From: Nitrospinales bacterium
GTDB lineage: Bacteria > Nitrospinota > Nitrospinia > Nitrospinales > VA-1
Length of the DNA: 64,000 nucleotides
Direction: 5' to 3'
Assembly (NCBI GenBank): GCA_965262115.1
Contig: OZ253496.1
Location: forward strand, 1,184,001-1,248,000
Under the pieces are notes generated by a model. That model had not been told where the DNA came from and did not search any database. It saw only the letters and a list, made by a program, of their open reading frames with translations. This document shows positions 48,716-57,704 of the stretch, piece by piece (positions within the stretch are counted from its first letter, which is position 1; each line of letters begins with the position of its first letter). Made by a program: the position numbers and the translations under genes.

Positions 48716-49687
48716 TTAGCGGGTTGATCTCAGTTTCGGGTTGAACACTTCGCGCAGCCCTTCCCCGCAAAGATTGAAGGCCAGCACCACAAACAGGATG
48801 GTGAATCCAGGAATGAACGTCAGCCAGGGAGCATCGAACAGAAATGTTTTGCCATCGGCGAGAATATTGCCCCAGGTCGCATCCGGAGGTTGCACGCCGA
48901 AACCCAGAAAACTCAAGCTCGATTCGGTCAGGATGGCCGTGGCCACACCGATGGTGGCCGAAACCAGGACCGGGGCAATGGCGTTAGGCACCATATGGAT
49001 AAAGATGATCCGCCATTCAGGAATCGCCTGGCTTTTGGCGGCGACGACAAAATCCTGATCGCGCAAAGACAAAAATTCTGCCCGGACGAAACGGGCTATT
49101 CCCATCCAACTGGTCAGGCCAATCACGATCATGATGTTGTAAATGCTCGGCGGCAATAACGCGACCACCGTCAAAATCAAAAAGAAACTGGGGAAACAAA
49201 GCATGATATCGACAAAACGCATGATCAACGTATCCACAGTGATGAACCCCAGTTTCACCCTGCCATAAAATCCCGCCAGGCCACCCAGGAAAATCCCCAC
49301 GGTCAGCGATATACCCACCGCCACGAAGCCCACCGTCAGCGAAACAAAACTGCCTTCTATCATACGGGCAAACACATCCCGGCCCAGTTCGTCTGTACCC
49401 AATAAGTAGATACCCAAAACCGGCGCATCTTCTTTGGGAGTGATCTTACTCGTGTAGGGAGTGAGTGGAGGCAAAAACTTTTCTGACAACCTAACAATTT
49501 TTGGATCAAAAACAACGATGTTCTGCGTAAAAATTTTACCCATTATGGCCAGAGCAAATAATGCCATTAAAAACCAAAAACTGGCATAGGCCATGCGGTT
49601 GCGCTTGAGAAGTTCCCAACGCTCCTGGAACAAGCCTGTGGAGGGCGGCAAGGCGTAGGCTTCCAGGCTGGCGATCTGTTCGTTCAT
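48716..49687 (-). CDS. Peptide/nickel ABC transporter permease (DppC/OppC-like)
   Basis: 'LGTDELGRD', 'MRFVD', 'ESSLSFLGFG..PP..TWG'. Confidence 0.93.
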   Translation of the reverse strand: MNEQIASLEAYALPPSTGLFQERWELLKRNRMAYASFWFLMALFALAIMGKIFTQNIVVFDPKIVRLSEKFLPPLTPYTSKITPKEDAPVLGIYLLGTDELGRDVFARMIEGSFVSLTVGFVAVGISLTVGIFLGGLAGFYGRVKLGFITVDTLIMRFVDIMLCFPSFFLILTVVALLPPSIYNIMIVIGLTSWMGIARFVRAEFLSLRDQDFVVAAKSQAIPEWRIIFIHMVPNAIAPVLVSATIGVATAILTESSLSFLGFGVQPPDATWGNILADGKTFLFDAPWLTFIPGFTILFVVLAFNLCGEGLREVFNPKLRSTR

Positions 49688-49795
49688 AAAATTTTCCTAA
49701 GAGGGCCTCTGATCATTCGATCTTTCCCATTGGGCAAATCGCTACCCTTATTTTTAAGGGCCGCTCGTGGCCAAAAACAGTTTTTAAAAATGCCT

Positions 49796-50776
49796 TTAAA
49801 ATTTTATGCGCGGGTCTGCCACGCCGTATAAAATGTCAGAAATCAGCGTACCCACCAAAACCAGAACGGCTGAAAAAAAAGTCAGTGTCAGAATGACCGG
49901 AAAATCCCGCGCCAGTATGGCTTCGAATCCCAATCGTCCCATCCCCGGCCAGGCAAAAATGGTTTCAAAGATCACCGAACCGCCAATCAACCCGGGAATG
50001 GCCAAGCCAAACATGGTGATGAAAGGCAGGAGAGCATTACGCAATCCATGACGGTAGATGACCTGATCCTCGGGAAGTCCTTTAGCCCGAGCAGTGCGCA
50101 TATAATCCTGATGAATCACTTCCAGCATTTGCGAACGGACGTAGCGCGACAAGACAGCCATTCCACCTATTGCCGAAATCATCGCGGGGAGTGTCAAATG
50201 CCACACTCTGTCCATGGATCGGAATAATAGCGGAGCGTCTTCCAGACCAAAGGTTCTCATTCCAATAACAGAAACATCAAAAGTTTTGACGATGAAAATG
50301 ATTAACAAGTAAGCAAGAAAAAAACCAGGAATGGAAATCAGCGCGTAAGAAATAAAAGTGCTGGCTTTATCAAATGCCGAATTACGGCTTAAGGCCGCTT
50401 TAATTCCAATAGGAAAGGCTAGAAACCAGATCATCATCATGCTGACAATGAATAAGGGAACAGAATTGAGGAACCGGTCCCAGATTTTTTTCAAAACCGG
50501 CTGGTTATCTTTGAAGGATTTGAGTTCCCCGGTAAACAGGTCTCTCACCCAAAAAACATATTGTACGTGGAGCGGCTCATCCAAGTGGTAGGCTGCCCGA
50601 ATACGCTGAATGTCTTCCGCTTTCATCCTCGGGTTGGAAGGATCCACCAACTCCGGTTCTCCCGGAGCCAGATGAATCACCGAGTGTGAAATAATGGAAA
50701 TAAAAACCAGCAGGATAACCCTCTGCCAAATGTTTCGAATAATAAAGTTGATCACTATTGCCTCTACCGTCAACAA
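49796..50776 (-). CDS. Peptide/nickel ABC transporter permease (DppB/OppB-like)
   Basis: 'APG.P', 'DYMRTARAKGL', 'ETIFAWPGMG', 'DPRI'. Confidence 0.93.
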   Translation of the reverse strand: MLTVEAIVINFIIRNIWQRVILLVFISIISHSVIHLAPGEPELVDPSNPRMKAEDIQRIRAAYHLDEPLHVQYVFWVRDLFTGELKSFKDNQPVLKKIWDRFLNSVPLFIVSMMMIWFLAFPIGIKAALSRNSAFDKASTFISYALISIPGFFLAYLLIIFIVKTFDVSVIGMRTFGLEDAPLLFRSMDRVWHLTLPAMISAIGGMAVLSRYVRSQMLEVIHQDYMRTARAKGLPEDQVIYRHGLRNALLPFITMFGLAIPGLIGGSVIFETIFAWPGMGRLGFEAILARDFPVILTLTFFSAVLVLVGTLISDILYGVADPRIKF

Positions 50777-50794
50777 GAAGTTATAATTTCGGTC

Positions 50795-51544
50795 ATGGAC
50801 ATTCTACAACTCAGCAACTATCTGGACAACCTTTTGGACATCCCGTCCATTAGTGATGCACCCAACGCCGTTAACGGACTGCAGGTGCAAAACACCGGCG
50901 AAATAAAAAAAATAGGACTGGCAGTAGATTTGTGCCAGGCCACCATTGACCTGGCCATCAAAAAAAACTGCCAGATGATGTTCGTGCATCATGGAATTTT
51001 CTGGGGCGGACTGCAACCGCTTCGCGGTTCATTTTATGAAAAAATCTCTTCCATGATGCGTGCCAACCTGGGGCTGTATTCGGCCCACATTCCCCTCGAC
51101 CTGCATCCGGTACTGGGTAACAACCGGGCTTTGGCTGATTTGATCGGGGTGGAAAACCTGGAGCCATTTGGCGAATATGGCGGCATCAAAATTGGTTTCA
51201 AGGGCACGATCAACAAAAAATCCGCTGAAACCCTGGCGCAGGAATTGACAGAGAAACTGGGTTCATCCGTAAAAGTGATCGGTGCGGGAGAGGTTGAATC
51301 CATAGGACTGGTGACCGGTGGGGCGGCGGATATCATCCAGCAGGCCAGCCAAGAAGGGCTCGATGCCTACATCACAGGGGAAGGGGCCAACCACCATTAC
51401 CACGAAGCCATTGAAGGCCAATGCGTATTGATTTTCGCCGGCCATTACGCCACCGAAACTGGAGGCGTGAAAGCGGTGGGCCTTCATTTAGAACAAAAGT
51501 TTCAACTCACCACGGAGTTTCTCGACTACCCAACCGGCCTCTAA
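50795..51544 (+). CDS. Nif3-like dinuclear metal centre protein
   Basis: 'NGLQV', 'VHHG', 'HIPLD.HP..GNN', 'ITGE', 'GHYATE'. Confidence 0.95.
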   Translation: MDILQLSNYLDNLLDIPSISDAPNAVNGLQVQNTGEIKKIGLAVDLCQATIDLAIKKNCQMMFVHHGIFWGGLQPLRGSFYEKISSMMRANLGLYSAHIPLDLHPVLGNNRALADLIGVENLEPFGEYGGIKIGFKGTINKKSAETLAQELTEKLGSSVKVIGAGEVESIGLVTGGAADIIQQASQEGLDAYITGEGANHHYHEAIEGQCVLIFAGHYATETGGVKAVGLHLEQKFQLTTEFLDYPTGL

Positions 51545-51559
51545 AAACTGCGGTCGCAC

Positions 51560-52456
51560 TTATAACTCTTTAAGCAAAGCACTCAAGCCTAAGCGGTAAT
51601 CGGGATACCGCAATTTCACTCCCAGTTCCTGCTTAATTTTTTTGTTCGAGATCCGCTTGTTGGTGGTGTAAAAACCCCGGGCGGTGGGAGAAAGATCGGC
51701 TTTCTCATAAGGCACCAATGGCGGCGGTTCCACATCTAATAAACTGCAAGCATATTCCACCGCTTCAGCAGGAGGGGAAGGACAGTCATCACTGACGTTA
51801 TAGATCTCACCAGGCCGGGGCTTTTTCATCGAGGCTTCCAGCGTTTGCGCAAGATCCTCAGAATGAATGCGGGAAAAAACCAAACCGGGTTTATCAATGC
51901 GCCGGGCGCGGCCCTGCCTTACAGAAACCAGAAGGTTCCTGCCCGGCCCATAAATACCTACGCAACGAAAAATCATCACCGGCAGGCCATGGCCTATCTT
52001 GAGCCAGGCCGATTCCACTTCGATGCGGCGGAGATTACGCTCTGTAGAGGCCAGTAAGGGCGAAGACTCATCCACCCACTCTCCCTTCGCATCACCATAA
52101 ACCCCGGTTGAAGAGATGTAACCGATCCATTGCAAATGCCGGGCTTTAGAAATTTCTTCGCCAAAGTTTTCCAGCACCACATCGCCAGAAGGTTGGGGAG
52201 GTATCGTGATTAAAAGGTGGGTGGCGCGGGAAATAGCCTCAGAAATTTCTGCGGTAGGGTGGGAACCATTAAAAGGGCAGACTGAAATATTTTCCGCCTT
52301 GATTTCATCTTGCTCGCCCCGCATGGTTCCAGAAACATCCCACCCTTGGGGTAAGAGCCTTTTAGCCAAGGCCTGTGCAGAGAAACCCAGACCAAAACAA
52401 AACAATCTGTCGGTATGGAGGAAATCCGGAATGTCTTTTATTTCGGAAGAATTCAA
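51560..52456 (-). CDS. Atypical SDR / NAD-dependent epimerase (YeeZ-like)
   Basis: 'FGLGFSA', 'YISSTGVYGD..GEWVDE', 'GIYGPGR', 'FSRIH', 'YPDYR.GL'. Confidence 0.88.
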   Translation of the reverse strand: MNSSEIKDIPDFLHTDRLFCFGLGFSAQALAKRLLPQGWDVSGTMRGEQDEIKAENISVCPFNGSHPTAEISEAISRATHLLITIPPQPSGDVVLENFGEEISKARHLQWIGYISSTGVYGDAKGEWVDESSPLLASTERNLRRIEVESAWLKIGHGLPVMIFRCVGIYGPGRNLLVSVRQGRARRIDKPGLVFSRIHSEDLAQTLEASMKKPRPGEIYNVSDDCPSPPAEAVEYACSLLDVEPPPLVPYEKADLSPTARGFYTTNKRISNKKIKQELGVKLRYPDYRLGLSALLKEL

Positions 52457-52707
52457 ACCATCCCTGGAATTATTTTTTCAAAGGAGTGTGGCAACAACGC
52501 ATGCACTGGCTGCTGAAAAACTCACCGTGATGAGATTCGATGTCATGCTGAGGTTCTCGAAGCATACACCCTATGGGTTTATCACCCTTCAAGGGCCTCA
52601 GGGTGACATTTTTTTCTGTGCAAAATAGTTTTTCAGCAGCCAACCAGTTGGGAAATGCTTTACTAATAAATCCGGAGCTTCCAAATAATTTAAAACCTGT
52701 ACACTTA

Positions 52708-52830
52708 TTACTTGCGCGCTTCCCTTCGATATTTTTGCCGGACAGGAACCCGATTGTCCGAAAACAAAAGAAGCAACGCAGCCAGAATTCCCATTCCGAC
52801 CGGATAAACCCAATTCATTTCAGCAGCCAT
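52708..52830 (-). CDS. Small single-TM protein (40 aa), below ORF-track cutoff
   Basis: GAGG RBS; MAAEMNWVYPVGMGILAALLLLFSDNRVPVRQKYRREARK; starts 13 nt after upstream stop. Confidence 0.6.
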   Translation of the reverse strand: MAAEMNWVYPVGMGILAALLLLFSDNRVPVRQKYRREARK

Positions 52831-52843
52831 AATAACCTCGCGA

Positions 52844-53674
52844 TTAAAAAGTAAATCGATATTTTTCAAATAATTCGAGCGTTACAACTTCTTGCCCTTC
52901 TTTAGAGATCTCTTGTTCAATACGCTTCACCGCCATATTACGTATAAAAGGGATAGGAATGCGGGAAACCTTTTTCAATGCATCGTCCTCCCATTTCAGG
53001 GAAAATTCCATCGGCGCTTCCTTATCCTGACCGATCTGCTCATCGCGCTTGAGGTCCTCTTCGGTCACTTCCATTCCCATTGCCTCTTTAGCCGATGCAG
53101 GCATGATACTGGTGAACACCTCATCAATGATAGAAGGGGTGATCATCTTATCTCCCCGCTGGCGGGCGCGGCCCTCAATGGTCTGTTTAGCCATGCCCAG
53201 AACAAAGGGAGGCACCTTCTCCATTTTCTCCAACGCTTCTTTGCTCCAAGGCATGCCCTGAGGCTCGGCGACTTCCATATAGTTTTTGAATTTTTCAACA
53301 ATTTCGTCTTTTTTCTCGGTACGCATAGAAAGAAAATCTTCGATTTCCTCGATCACCTCCACCTTGCGCGGACTTTGCCGCATTTTTTCCTTCGCCACTT
53401 CGAAGGCATCCATCGTCAGCTCCTCGAAACCAAATCCCTTGACCCTTTTGGACACCAACATCATGGACTCATTACGAATTTCGGTCAGGTAATCAGAGGT
53501 CACTATTTTAAAACCCCTTTTAACGCACCGCTGAACCATCAGCTTGCGGATGCCCGGACGTACAAATTCCGGAGCGTGTTTCACCCTCTCCCACGCATCT
53601 TCAGACCACTCAACGCCATTTTCCCTGGCATAAGGGTGATCGACGTCAGCGATTTTTATTTCTTGCGTTCCCAT
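52844..53674 (-). CDS. Protein with three PCP_red-like (BchB C-terminal) domains
   Basis: Repeats 'WSEDAWERVKHAPEFVR', 'WSKEALEKMEKVPPFV', 'WEDDALKKVSRIPIPFIR'. Confidence 0.8.
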   Translation of the reverse strand: MGTQEIKIADVDHPYARENGVEWSEDAWERVKHAPEFVRPGIRKLMVQRCVKRGFKIVTSDYLTEIRNESMMLVSKRVKGFGFEELTMDAFEVAKEKMRQSPRKVEVIEEIEDFLSMRTEKKDEIVEKFKNYMEVAEPQGMPWSKEALEKMEKVPPFVLGMAKQTIEGRARQRGDKMITPSIIDEVFTSIMPASAKEAMGMEVTEEDLKRDEQIGQDKEAPMEFSLKWEDDALKKVSRIPIPFIRNMAVKRIEQEISKEGQEVVTLELFEKYRFTF

Positions 53675-53982
53675 AAGCCCCACCAAAAATTGAATCTATT
53701 ATATTTATTGGGTCATGACCCTATTTATTTTTTAGATGTAGGACAAGGCTTCAGCTTCGCTGGCTCGTAAACCTGAAGGTTTACCCTCGCATAAAACTTA
53801 TCCTGAATCCACAAGGAGGCACCCCCATTCTACAATTTCTCAAATTCTTTATCAATCTTATAGTACCTCTGACAGCTACAAGATCCGGTAAACATGGAAC
53901 CGTTTTCAAACTACCAAAACAGTTTAATTTTGTTATAATCCTTCCACACTTACAATCCTGTATTTTTTAAGCCTTATCCTTT

Positions 53983-55896
53983 ATGCCCCAGCCGAACTGG
54001 AAATTCCGGATGATGACCAGAGGAGAAATGAACGCCGACCCTATCGAAAGCGAGTTTTTCTCCACCGAGCACTTGGACAGCGTAGCAGATGCCTTGGTTC
54101 GCGAATCCATCCAAAATTCTCTCGATGCCGGGTTACCGGAACAGACGGTTCGGGTAGTCTTTCGTCTGTTTACGGAAAATTCAGATATAAACGGGAACAT
54201 GGTCCATTACCTTGAGGGCCTCCATTCGCATTTAAATGCCGAGCAAAATGGATTGATCAAAGCCCCCTCCATTCAGGCTCCCAAAACCTTTTTAACTATT
54301 GAGGATTACGGCACACGGGGCCTCGAAGGGGACCCCGCCCAAGACGATGATTTTCAGTCCGCCAACAGACTCGATAAAAACGATTTTTTCTATTTTTGGC
54401 GCAATACAGGGCGATCCAAAAAAAGTGGTACGGAGCGGGGTCGCTGGGGTTTAGGGAAAACAGTATTTCAGGCCACTTCCCGAATCAATTCATTTTTTGG
54501 GATGACAGTCAGACAAAGTGATGGATGCCCTTTGTTAATGGGCCATTCCGTTTTAAAGACCCATTTGGTGGAAGGAAAGAAATATTCACCCTATGGATGG
54601 TACGGAATTTTTAGTGAAGACTTTGCTTTGCCGATTGAAGACAAACTCTATCTCAAAAAGTTTTCATCCCAGTTTCAGATCAAGAGATTAGGCAAGGCAG
54701 GCCTTTCGATCATTATCCCTTATCCAGATCCGTCTGTGAAAATTGAAACCATCCTTTCCTCTGTGCTGCTTCATTATTTTTTTCCGATTCTATCCAAAGG
54801 CTTGGTGGTTGAGCTTTATGAGGGCGAAAAACATCTCATAATCGATGGTCAAAAAGTAGATGAACTTTTACAATATGTAGACTTCTCAAAATCCCGACTA
54901 ACCAAAGAGAATTTTCAACACTTGTTCAATTTTACCCGTTGGATACACTCTCTCTTGCCTACTGCCTTCGTAAAGCTCAATCTGCCACCCACACAAGGGG
55001 CTCCCAAATGGAACGAGACTCTTTTTGACCCCGGGGTTTTATCAAAATTACAGGAACAATTTGATCGCAGGGAACGGCTGGCTATTAGAGTTCCTTTGAA
55101 AGTCAAACCCAAAGATAAGACCACGGAAGAAACGTATTTTGATATTTTTATGGAGCGTGATGACCGGCTGGATAAAGTGGAAGATCATTTTATACGGGAG
55201 GGTATCACCATTTCAGGGGTTAGCACTCTCAAACAAAAAGGAATTCGGGTAATTGTTTCAGTCAACGACAAGATCTTGTCCGCGTTTTTGGGGGATTCAG
55301 AAAATCCCGCGCATACCGAATGGCAGGAACGTTCTCCAAAACTCAAGAATCAATACAAACATGGAGTTTCTTGCCTGCGATTCGTCAAAAATAGCCCCAG
55401 AGAAATTGTTCGTTTTTTGAATAAACCCGCTTTGGGCATTGATAAAAAACTTTTGTAAAATTTTTTTTCTGTCGAACCGCCTTCAAATAAGGGCCATGAA
55501 GGAACTTCCGGCGGCAACCAAAAAGATCCGCAAGGTGAACCCCCTGTTCCTCTGGAACTGATAGGTCAAAGCAAGGAGTTTCGGCTTCTTCGTAAGCAAG
55601 GAGGGTTTAGAATCTTATCAAACCCAGAGACCGTTCCTTTACCCAGGGGAATACTCGTTACCGTAGCTTATGAGACAAGGAGGCAAAATCCATTTTCTAA
55701 ATATAGCCTCTTTGATTTCGAGATGGATAAAACCCCAATCAAAATACAAAACATGGGAGCAAACATATGTGCCAAAAGTAAAAATAAGCTCCTTATCCAA
55801 ATAGAAAAGCCGGGGTTTTTTGTAGAAGTCACCGGCTTTGATTTGCATAGAGATTTAAGAGTAAAAGTTGAGCCCGTCGGATCAAGAAATGATTAG
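53983..55896 (+). pseudogene. GHKL/HATPase-like protein (~637 aa) with one in-frame TAA at 55456
   Basis: 'LVRESIQNSLDA', 'IEDYGTRGL', 'GRWGLGK'; frame stays open after the TAA to TAG at 55894-55896, overlapping the next ATG. Confidence 0.8.
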
Positions 55897-56668
55897 AAAA
55901 CTAAATTTTACAGGCAGAAAGAAAATCCCGCGAAGCAGGGTACCCGTGACCTTATTAAACGTGGATAAGCATCCCCAATCTTTCGATGTTCAGTTTGATT
56001 TGTCCGACCTGAATCTACCGCCGAAAGCTACGGTTTTTGTGGAAACATATAAACGGACTTCCTACATGCGTTTCCGATTCGGAACGATTGGCAAATGCAC
56101 GATTCCACCAGATCGTAACCTTGTAGATATCGAACCGAAAGTTACCCCTCTGTTCCGCGTAAAGGTGGTAGACGAAACTTCTCAACAAGGCCGGATTATT
56201 GCTCTTGCGGACAAAATTTTACCGAGAGGGATTGACCAAGGTACGCGAGAAAAAATCAGTCTGTTGCATGTCGAGTTTTCGGAGGATTTGGAAGGGCAAG
56301 TCTGGAGGTTGGATTTGAGCGGAGAATGGCCTGTTATTCAAGTGAATAGTCAAATTGATTTGATTAAAGAAATTGCCAAGTCGGATAGGGCTTTTATTGC
56401 TTTAGTTTATCCAGAAGTTGTCCGGCAAATTTTAAATCATATTATTGAGTCGGATGAAACTGACCCTGAATTAGACGAAGAGGATTGGCCTGGCATGTGG
56501 TTAAATTTTGTTGGTCGTATGCCAGGGGTAGGGTCTCCACCCTTCGGCAGAATAGCGTCCATTAAAAATGACCAAAAGGAATGGATAGAATCGGCTGTGA
56601 TGGCTTTTAGCTACAAATGGCAACTTTTAGATCAATATCAAGAACTACACAAGCGAGAGCAAGAGTGA
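55889..56668 (+). CDS. Hypothetical protein (gene 2 of GHKL operon)
   Basis: ATG 55889 overlaps gene 1 end; MIRKLNFTGRKKI..., 259 aa. Confidence 0.8.
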   Translation: MIRKLNFTGRKKIPRSRVPVTLLNVDKHPQSFDVQFDLSDLNLPPKATVFVETYKRTSYMRFRFGTIGKCTIPPDRNLVDIEPKVTPLFRVKVVDETSQQGRIIALADKILPRGIDQGTREKISLLHVEFSEDLEGQVWRLDLSGEWPVIQVNSQIDLIKEIAKSDRAFIALVYPEVVRQILNHIIESDETDPELDEEDWPGMWLNFVGRMPGVGSPPFGRIASIKNDQKEWIESAVMAFSYKWQLLDQYQELHKREQE

Positions 56669-57387
56669 TGGCTCAGGTACGCAGGCTGAATCCCCAAGGA
56701 ATCGAGCGGTTCAGAGAATATTTGCAAGCCCTCAAGGAGAACCCTGGCGTGGCACCGCCGGTTGGGATTTTGGACGATCCTGATTATTCTGATGTGTTGC
56801 AAGATCAAGTAGAAATTGTAAAAGTGGAATTCAAAAATCGGACTCACATGGTCAAGTATTTGTCTACGGCTTTAGAAAACTTGAACACCCAATTAGGAGC
56901 AGAAAATCAAGGATTATGGAGTTGGTTATCCCTTTTTTATTTTGATCAGGTTTGCCCGGAGGATTTGAGCGGATGCCGAAAAGCTGGCATGGATTATCGA
57001 CATATTCTGGAGAAGGGATACCGACACCGACACCGACACCGACATCTCTTAGCGGGTCCATACATAACCTATCAAATGTATAGAGAAAAGGCTCGATTGC
57101 TCTTGCATGGTCTACTTCATCAGGAAAATAAAATTCATCATGAACTTGCGGCAAGGCAGGAGTTTATTACAAATCGAAGCATTATAGAAGCAACCGACAC
57201 CCTTTATTTTGATAAGGATAAAAATAAACCCAAAGCGGGGATTCTATCGAAAACCAGAGCGGACTCATTATTACGGTTTGTTGACGTAATACAGCAATTA
57301 GAATTAAATTATGATCTTTACAGCATGGAGGCTCAGGAAATCATTTCCCTTTTGCCGAATGAATTTAACGGGTCGGGGACTGTTTGA
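56668..57387 (+). CDS. Hypothetical protein (gene 3 of GHKL operon)
   Basis: TGATG coupling; MAQVRRLNPQGIERF..., 'GLWSWLSLFYFDQVC', 'RHLLAGP', 'QQLELNYDL'. Confidence 0.8.
   Translation: MAQVRRLNPQGIERFREYLQALKENPGVAPPVGILDDPDYSDVLQDQVEIVKVEFKNRTHMVKYLSTALENLNTQLGAENQGLWSWLSLFYFDQVCPEDLSGCRKAGMDYRHILEKGYRHRHRHRHLLAGPYITYQMYREKARLLLHGLLHQENKIHHELAARQEFITNRSIIEATDTLYFDKDKNKPKAGILSKTRADSLLRFVDVIQQLELNYDLYSMEAQEIISLLPNEFNGSGTV
57021..57044 (+). repeat. In-frame hexanucleotide microsatellite (CCGACA)x4
   Basis: Encodes RHRHRHRH within gene 3. Confidence 0.9.
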
Positions 57388-57704
57388 TTATCAACCCGGC
57401 AATTAAAACCACAATTTTTCCAAAACCCGTTTGAATGCGAATCCAGGCTTTAGCCGGTTGCCAGACAGTACCAATGGTTTTGAATGCAAAAGAATTCCCC
57501 TTAGCTTGTTGCTACGGAGTTTCCTCTAATTTTCCCCTTGTTAATGAGGCCTTTGCATACAGTTAGATCCCATTGACCAAGGCGGATATCCTTCTGCCGA
57601 AAGCTCACCAAGATGACAATACAAATGTCCCTAGGGTGTCATTCCGCTATGAAACAGACGATCTACTACTACCCACCAACATGGTAAAACGTGTTTAATT
57701 GCCT

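Noticed and set aside
52892..53770. 292-aa plus-strand ORF
   Set aside because: Antisense shadow of the PCP_red-like gene.
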